Positions 58,673 through 64,000 of a stretch of DNA of 64,000 bases are shown one piece after another (positions within the stretch are counted from its first letter, which is position 1; each line of letters opens with the position of its first letter). The notes under the pieces are model-generated. The model saw only the letters and a list, made by a program, of their open reading frames with translations. It searched no databases and was not told the origin of the DNA. This stretch comes from an uncultured Fibrobacterota bacterium (GTDB lineage Bacteria; Fibrobacterota; Chitinivibrionia; Chitinivibrionales; FEN-1185), in NCBI GenBank assembly GCA_963729895.1, contig CAVSQB010000002.1, positions 1 to 64,000 of the forward strand, given 5' to 3'. A program made the translations under genes and the position numbers.

Positions 58673-59238
58673 TAAGATGGCGTAGCGAGTTCACTGAAAA
58701 CCGGGAAGAGATCCGCCATTCATGCTTCAAATTGTCTTCAATGCAGGAATATTCAGTTGACCCAAGCTATGATATTCGGCAAATATCGTCGGAGGATTGG
58801 TTTCAAGAACGGGTATTTGACATTTACCTCTGGAACAAAGGAAGCAAAGCCTGAAGCGTTTGAGCCCACCACCGCACGTGGGACTGCTTGCAGCTTTACG
58901 CGTCTGCGCCCCCATATGTACAGTAATGGTATTCACCCGACAGTCACCCATGCCGGGGATTTTGGAACGAAGCTACCTCCTCACCTCACAACTGCCGCCC
59001 CAAGGCTGCGCGCAACAATTTGCGAATACAATTCAAGTGCCATTGGATGGCTGAGCCGGGTGACCCCAAAGAAAGTTGGTCTGCAAGAATCCAATCTTCT
59101 GCTGTGGGGCACCCTCGTAGTGCAGTTGAGAAGACCAAGGGAAGAACTCCGCTTTGCACGTAAAGGAGCACATGTGTTATCACGCACTTGCATCCTGCGC
59201 AGCGGAACTTGACAAATGTGGCGATTATCCTTTGTCCA

Positions 59239-59401
59239 GCGTTAGGTGGACCGCAGAGTGCGCGAGAGCGCAGGGCTGCCTGACCCGGGCCGCAGGCCAT
59301 AGAGCAGGCGGCACCGAGGCAAATAGCCGACGACCCTTGGAAGCACCCGAAGGGGTGGCCCGGAGGGAGACCGACCCGAGCGCAGCGAGGGGAACGCCCA
59401 A
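59239..59401 (-). ncRNA. Flavo-1-like structured RNA or repeat
   Basis: The minus strand begins TTGGGCGTTCCCC...GGGTCGGTCT and ends ...TCCACCTAACGC, matching my recollection of Flavo-1 termini; several internal hairpins. No covariance search was run. Confidence 0.5.
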
Positions 59402-59449
59402 CTCTTTATCTTGATATTCGCCGCACCCCGCGAAGCTCCCAAAAGCATT

Positions 59450-59878
59450 TCAAGTTTTTTTCCCGCCCCTGTTCCGCAGCCAATCCACGCTGTTTGCCCC
59501 CGGCCCTATCAGCACCAGCGCCAGGAACACAATGCCGTCCTCAATCGCATGCGATGCGGAGGCAAGCCCCTGGTGAGATCCCAGGTGCATGGCGGCCGCC
59601 ACAACCATGTCGAATGCCAGGAGCGCACACGCGGTGCGGAAGAAAAATCCGCCGATCAGAAAGAGGCCGCCGACACCTTCCACGAACGCGGCCATAAAAC
59701 CCCAGGCGGTCGGCAGAAAATGAATCCCGAGAAAACCCATTGCCATTCCCAATTTGTACCACATGTGGGGACCTGCCAGCAATTTTGGTGCGCCGTGGTA
59801 GATGAACATGATACCCAGGCCGATGCGAAGAATGAGTAGACCCTGGTCCCGATACTTGTCCCATGAGACTGCAGCCAT
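59450..59878 (-). CDS. DoxX-family membrane protein
   Basis: LLILRI.LG..F..HG.PKL; E..GG.FL..G...R; GPG..S.D. Confidence 0.9.
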   Translation of the reverse strand: MAAVSWDKYRDQGLLILRIGLGIMFIYHGAPKLLAGPHMWYKLGMAMGFLGIHFLPTAWGFMAAFVEGVGGLFLIGGFFFRTACALLAFDMVVAAAMHLGSHQGLASASHAIEDGIVFLALVLIGPGANSVDWLRNRGGKKT

Positions 59879-59917
59879 ATCTTCCTCCTTTTATTTCGGT
59901 TGATTTCCTGTCCGAGG

Positions 59918-60829
59918 CTAGGCCGCGGCTTCCTCTGTCAGCCTTATGCCTGCCGTTGTCTTCCTTATCACCGGCTCCAGGTCTTTTGCAAAGAACTCCG
60001 TTATGCCGTTCTGATACCCGGGCCATTTTTCCAGCGCGGTTACCGCCGATCTGATCGCGGACGCAATAAGAGGCTCCAGCGGCTCGTTCCCATCTTGCAA
60101 ACCTCCGGCCAGGGTTGCCTTCTTCCGCAAGGCGTCGGTACCCAGGGTCTTGCCGGCCGCCTCTTCGCTGCCCGTGGCATCGAGCAGGTCGTCGGCAAGC
60201 TGATATGCCGTTCCGGTGCAATAGCCGGCTTCCTCGAGCGCGTCGGACAGCCCCGCGTCCGCGCTTCCGCACACACGGCCCAGAAAGCCGAACAGCGGCC
60301 CGGTTTTTCCCCGGACCAGGGCCACATACGCCCGGACGTCGGTCGTTTTTTCGCGATACACCAGCTCCTGCTTGATTTCCGCAACGCATATTTCGTGTAC
60401 GCTTTCAACAAACCGTGACGCTATATGCCCGTTCCCCTCTGCAAGAAGCATGGAAAGGGCCTCGCAGTACAGCAGATCGCCCATGAGAACCGCATAGTTT
60501 GCGCCCCGCATTTTCCACAGCGTTGGTTGCGATCTGCGAACGGACGCATTGTCGATAATGTCGTCATGAAGCAGGCTTGCCGTATGAACAAGTTCGGTTG
60601 CCGCGCAGGCTCTCCGGACAAGCCCGATTCTCCCGCTCTCGCGGGAGGCCCCAAAAAGGCGCGCCGCGAATCTCGTGCGAAGCATTTTTCCCGCGGCAAG
60701 GCTGCAAAGAGACCGGGCCTGCGTGTCCGAAAGCCTTTTGTCGGAAACGCGGTCCAGGATCAAGGCCCGCACCTCCTGCACAAATGTTTCCGTGAACAGG
60801 TCATTGTCCGGTCTTTGTGAAAAAGGCAT
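59918..60829 (-). CDS. Polyprenyl diphosphate synthase
   Basis: GKMLR; ELVHTASLLHDDIID....RR; GKTG.LF; YQLADDLLD. Confidence 0.92.
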   Translation of the reverse strand: MPFSQRPDNDLFTETFVQEVRALILDRVSDKRLSDTQARSLCSLAAGKMLRTRFAARLFGASRESGRIGLVRRACAATELVHTASLLHDDIIDNASVRRSQPTLWKMRGANYAVLMGDLLYCEALSMLLAEGNGHIASRFVESVHEICVAEIKQELVYREKTTDVRAYVALVRGKTGPLFGFLGRVCGSADAGLSDALEEAGYCTGTAYQLADDLLDATGSEEAAGKTLGTDALRKKATLAGGLQDGNEPLEPLIASAIRSAVTALEKWPGYQNGITEFFAKDLEPVIRKTTAGIRLTEEAAA

Positions 60830-60838
60830 TACAACCTC

Positions 60839-60949
60839 CTACCCTTCTTCTGAGCATTTGTGCACTATGATCCAGATCGCAACCGCCATGAGGCCGGCCA
60901 TAAACCAGGCAAGGGCCGCGACCACAAAATACCTCTTGAGTTTCTTCAT
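60839..60949 (-). CDS. 36-aa single-TM small protein (not in ORF track)
   Basis: MKKLKRYFVVAALAWFMAGLMAVAIWIIVHKCSEEG; AGGGGA RBS; its stop codon overlaps the AGGAGG RBS of the next gene. Confidence 0.65.
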   Translation of the reverse strand: MKKLKRYFVVAALAWFMAGLMAVAIWIIVHKCSEEG

Positions 60950-60988
60950 GCGTGCTTCCCCTTGTTTTTATGAAATCGACTTCCCTTC

Positions 60989-62440
60989 TCACGATGCAAC
61001 CATCCATGCGATGAAGTCGAACAAAGGGCCGGGATAGATGCCGCAACAAACAAGCAAAACGCCTGCCGTTCCCAGCACAACCAGTCCCGCCGCGGAAAGC
61101 GGACGGCCGATGCCTGTCACGTTCCCAGGGTTCGGATCTTTCGGATTCGCTGAAGCCGGCTGCCGGAACATGACCGATACCACGCGAAGATAGTAGAAGA
61201 GACCGATGGCGCTCGACACGGCAAGGCTCAGCGTGAGCGGCCATACGCGGCCCTGCACGCTCGCCGACAACACGTAAAACTTGCCGATAAAACCCACGGT
61301 AAAGGGAATCCCTGCCAGAGACATGAGCGCAATGGTGAAGAACAGCGTTACGAGCGGCCGCCGAAAGGCGAGCCCGCGATAATCGGCGAGCGCGTCGGAC
61401 TCCTTGCCGTGCGAGAGGAGCGACACAACGGCGAGCGCGCAGAGCACGGTGATCGCATAGGCAGTCACATAGTATGTTGCCGCCACGACTCCCAGGCCGG
61501 TGCCGCATAAGAACGCGACCAGCACATACCCCATGTGCGCTATTGACGAATACGCAATGAGACGCTTGACGTTCTCCTGGCGAAGCGCGAGCAGGTTTCC
61601 CGCAAACATCGACGCGATGGCCAGGGCCCACAGGGCGGCGCTCACGGCACCGCTCCCGCGCGCCGAAAACGGCGCGAAGAACCGCATGAGCAAGGCTACC
61701 ACCGCGGCCTTGGACACCGTGGCCACAAATGCGGTGGCTGGAGCGGGCGCTCCCTGGTATACGTCGGGCGTCCACAGGTGAAACGGCACGAGCGCGAGCT
61801 TGAATGCGGCGCCCGACAGTATCATGAGGAGTCCCACGGTCATAAGTAAAGAGATTCCCGGGCCGCGCCCGAGGGCGGCAATGGCGCCGAAGTCCATTGC
61901 GCCCGAGTCGGCATAGACCAGCGCCATGCCGAACACGAGAAACGCGCTCGCCACGGTGGAAGGAACCAGGTACTTTATTCCCGCTTCGATGCTTGCGGGC
62001 GAAGACCTGGCATAGGCCACGAGCGGGTACAAAGCCGCGCCCTGCAATTCGAACCCGAGGAACAGGGACGCGAAGTGTGAACTCGAGGCGATTACCATTG
62101 CGCCAAGCGTCGACAACAGCAGAAACAGGCAGAATTCCGCCGGGCCCTGTTCCCTGCGCGCGAAGTAGCCGATGGAAAGCAATGCAACGCCGAGCGAGCA
62201 TGCCAGAATCAGCCCCGTAAAATACAGCGAATACCCGTTTATCAACAAGAGCGGCGTCACCGCAGCCGGCGGGCGGCCGGCAAGCGCGCCGGTTGCCGCC
62301 AGTGCGGCGGCCAGGCCCGCCACGGTAAACGAAAACGCGGGCAGGCGGGTTTTCCACAGCGTGGCGGCAAGCATGACGGCAAGCGACGCCGCACCCACTG
62401 CAATAAACGGCGACAGGAGCGTGAGATGTTCTGCGGTCAT
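60989..62440 (-). CDS. nuoN: NADH-quinone oxidoreductase subunit N
   Basis: EAGIKY; FKLALVPFHLWTPDVYQGAP; KRLIAYSSIAH.GY; SLAGIP...GF.GKF. Confidence 0.95.
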   Translation of the reverse strand: MTAEHLTLLSPFIAVGAASLAVMLAATLWKTRLPAFSFTVAGLAAALAATGALAGRPPAAVTPLLLINGYSLYFTGLILACSLGVALLSIGYFARREQGPAEFCLFLLLSTLGAMVIASSSHFASLFLGFELQGAALYPLVAYARSSPASIEAGIKYLVPSTVASAFLVFGMALVYADSGAMDFGAIAALGRGPGISLLMTVGLLMILSGAAFKLALVPFHLWTPDVYQGAPAPATAFVATVSKAAVVALLMRFFAPFSARGSGAVSAALWALAIASMFAGNLLALRQENVKRLIAYSSIAHMGYVLVAFLCGTGLGVVAATYYVTAYAITVLCALAVVSLLSHGKESDALADYRGLAFRRPLVTLFFTIALMSLAGIPFTVGFIGKFYVLSASVQGRVWPLTLSLAVSSAIGLFYYLRVVSVMFRQPASANPKDPNPGNVTGIGRPLSAAGLVVLGTAGVLLVCCGIYPGPLFDFIAWMVAS

Positions 62441-63954
62441 TGCATAAACCTCGCTAGCCTTTCCATGGAGCCCTTGCCGGCAGGCCGCGCGTCGAGCGCA
62501 CTCTGGCGAAGCGCGGTGACGCTGGGGGCGCTTGTGTCAAGAAAGGGCCCGGGATACAAACCGAGCCACACGATGAGGACCGCCATAATGGCCAGCGCCG
62601 CAAGCTCGCGGCCCTTGCAGTCGGCGATGTGCGGCCGGGGCAAAGCCTCGCCCATAAAAATCCTCTGCACCATCCACAACGAATAGACAACTGCGAAAAC
62701 CGTGCCTGCAATCGGAATAACGGCAAGTGCTATGGACAACCTGAAGGTGTCGAGCAGGATAAGGACTTCCCCGACGAACGTCCCCAGCCCGGGCAGGCCC
62801 ATGAGCGCAAGGGCGAACACGACGGTGAACCCGCCGAGCCTCGGCGCCGAGTGCCATAATCCGCCGTAGTGCGCAAGGTCCCGGCTTCCGGTCCGTTTTT
62901 CAAGCGCCGCCGCAATCATGAAAAGCGCGACCACCGTGATGCCGTGGCTTATCATCTGGAGCACAACGCCCTGCAGCGACAATTGTCCCCACACGTAAAT
63001 GCCGAGCACCACGAACCCCATATGGCTCACGCTCGTGTAGGCGATAAGGCGCTTCAGGTCGGTTTGGCCCAGCGCCATGAGTGCTCCATACACGATTGCG
63101 GCGGCGCCCAGAATCATTGCGGCTAGTGAAAACGAACTTGACGCATGGGGAAACAGCGGAAGGCAGAACCTGATGAGTCCGTAGGCGCCGGTCTTGGCCA
63201 TCACGCCGGCAAGCAGGATGCTGCCCGCGAGAGGCGCCTCCCCATAGGCGTCGGGCAGCCATCCGTGGAGCGGGAACACCCCGAGCTTTACCGCAAAGGC
63301 AAGGAAAAACCCGAGCATGAGCCAGGCGCCGGCGCGATGCGACAACGCGGTATGCAAGAGCGCCGTGTAATCGAAGGTGTAGATTCCCGTTGAAGCACCG
63401 TGGATAAAATAGAGCGCCACGATGGCGATGAGGAGAAACAGGCTGCTTGCCTGCGTGAAAACGAAAAACTTGACAGCCGCCCGTACCCGGTTCTCCCCGC
63501 CCCACCCGGCAATAAGAAAGTACATGGGCACGAGCATGAGCTCCCATGCAGTGTAAAACAGAAACAGGTCGAGCGCCATGAACACGGCCACCGTTGCCGA
63601 GATTGCCCACATCAGGTTGAAATGGAAGAACCCCCGCCGGTCGCGCGGCTCGCTTGACGGAATAACCATCGACATGACGCCGAGGAACAGGGTGAGCAGC
63701 ACCAGCAGCAGGCCCAGGCCGTCCAGGCCAAGGTGGACCGAAATCCCCATGCGCGGTATCCACGGCCATTGCACCTGCGCAAGCCACGCGCCAGATTGCG
63801 CATTTCCCCGCACCCATACCCGGATTCCGAGGCACAGGTCAAGCGCCAGCGCCGCGAGCGATACCACGTGTGGGGCGCGGGCGTGCACGCGCGCCGCCGC
63901 CCAGGCAAGCAGCCCGCCCAGCAGCGGGATGCAGATAAGCAACGCAAGCATCAT
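62437..63954 (-). CDS. nuoM: NADH-quinone oxidoreductase subunit M
   Basis: DLFLFY..WE..LVPMY; FP.HGWLPDA..EAP; DLKRLIAYTSVSHMGF; GLPG...FVGE. Confidence 0.95.
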   Translation of the reverse strand: MMLALLICIPLLGGLLAWAAARVHARAPHVVSLAALALDLCLGIRVWVRGNAQSGAWLAQVQWPWIPRMGISVHLGLDGLGLLLVLLTLFLGVMSMVIPSSEPRDRRGFFHFNLMWAISATVAVFMALDLFLFYTAWELMLVPMYFLIAGWGGENRVRAAVKFFVFTQASSLFLLIAIVALYFIHGASTGIYTFDYTALLHTALSHRAGAWLMLGFFLAFAVKLGVFPLHGWLPDAYGEAPLAGSILLAGVMAKTGAYGLIRFCLPLFPHASSSFSLAAMILGAAAIVYGALMALGQTDLKRLIAYTSVSHMGFVVLGIYVWGQLSLQGVVLQMISHGITVVALFMIAAALEKRTGSRDLAHYGGLWHSAPRLGGFTVVFALALMGLPGLGTFVGEVLILLDTFRLSIALAVIPIAGTVFAVVYSLWMVQRIFMGEALPRPHIADCKGRELAALAIMAVLIVWLGLYPGPFLDTSAPSVTALRQSALDARPAGKGSMERLARFMQ

Positions 63955-64000
63955 AGCAGCACCCCGATCCCGATGAGTATCACCGCACCGATGCCTACGC
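63951..64000 (-). CDS. nuoL: 3' end of probable NADH-quinone oxidoreductase subunit L (partial)
   Basis: Hydrophobic VGIGAVILIGIGVLL* with ATGA overlap into nuoM; identity inferred from gene order only. Confidence 0.6.
   Translation of the reverse strand, partial: VGIGAVILIGIGVLL

Larger units (their letters stand above)
57148..58854 (+). pseudogene. AT-rich hypothetical gene (199 aa restored) interrupted by IS630
   Basis: Removing 57568-58674 joins ...ETFYL to RWRSEF...ERVFDIYLW in frame. Confidence 0.85.

Noticed and set aside
58900..59230. Short ORFs between the cassette-like gene and the structured RNA
   Set aside because: No RBS or recognisable motif in any frame; possibly decayed DNA, but not supportable.
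1..64000. CRISPR array, tRNA or rRNA genes
   Set aside because: No regularly spaced direct repeats, cloverleaf or rRNA-like sequence noticed on manual reading.

Overview
A 64-kb bacterial chromosomal window. FISUMP-domain proteins, a PorU sortase and many proteins with T9SS-type C-terminal tails suggest Fibrobacterota, possibly Chitinivibrionia-like (inference). Bases 1-14.3 kb are an accessory block of secreted proteins. It holds two FISUMP genes (one broken by an IS5 and a 1-nt deletion), a decayed MNT-HEPN toxin-antitoxin pair and three orphan 'secretion-tail' remnants. It also holds a tandem array of five CBM6-like T9SS cargo genes followed by a GH105/GH88 hydrolase. Bases 14-52 kb are mostly core genes: fhs, a partner-switching STAS/anti-sigma cluster, an FHA protein with a phosphoesterase, HU/IHF, xerD, a short UvrD, malQ, GGR with a ferredoxin, and porU. 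This stretch also has an unusual histidine kinase fused to a CoA-disulfide-reductase/rhodanese module, next to a lone receiver protein. Bases 52-59.4 kb hold a nested REP/MITE-like repeat, a PAS hybrid kinase, an AT-rich integron-cassette-like gene split by an IS630, and a Flavo-1-like structured RNA. The window ends in nuoL(partial)-nuoM-nuoN, a small TM protein, a polyprenyl synthase and DoxX. The best candidates for new biology are the kinase-flavoenzyme fusion, the orphan T9SS-tail repeats with the CBM6-like array, and the cassette/structured-RNA region at 57-59.4 kb. All family calls come from manual motif recognition; no searches were run. No rRNA, tRNA or CRISPR array was seen.
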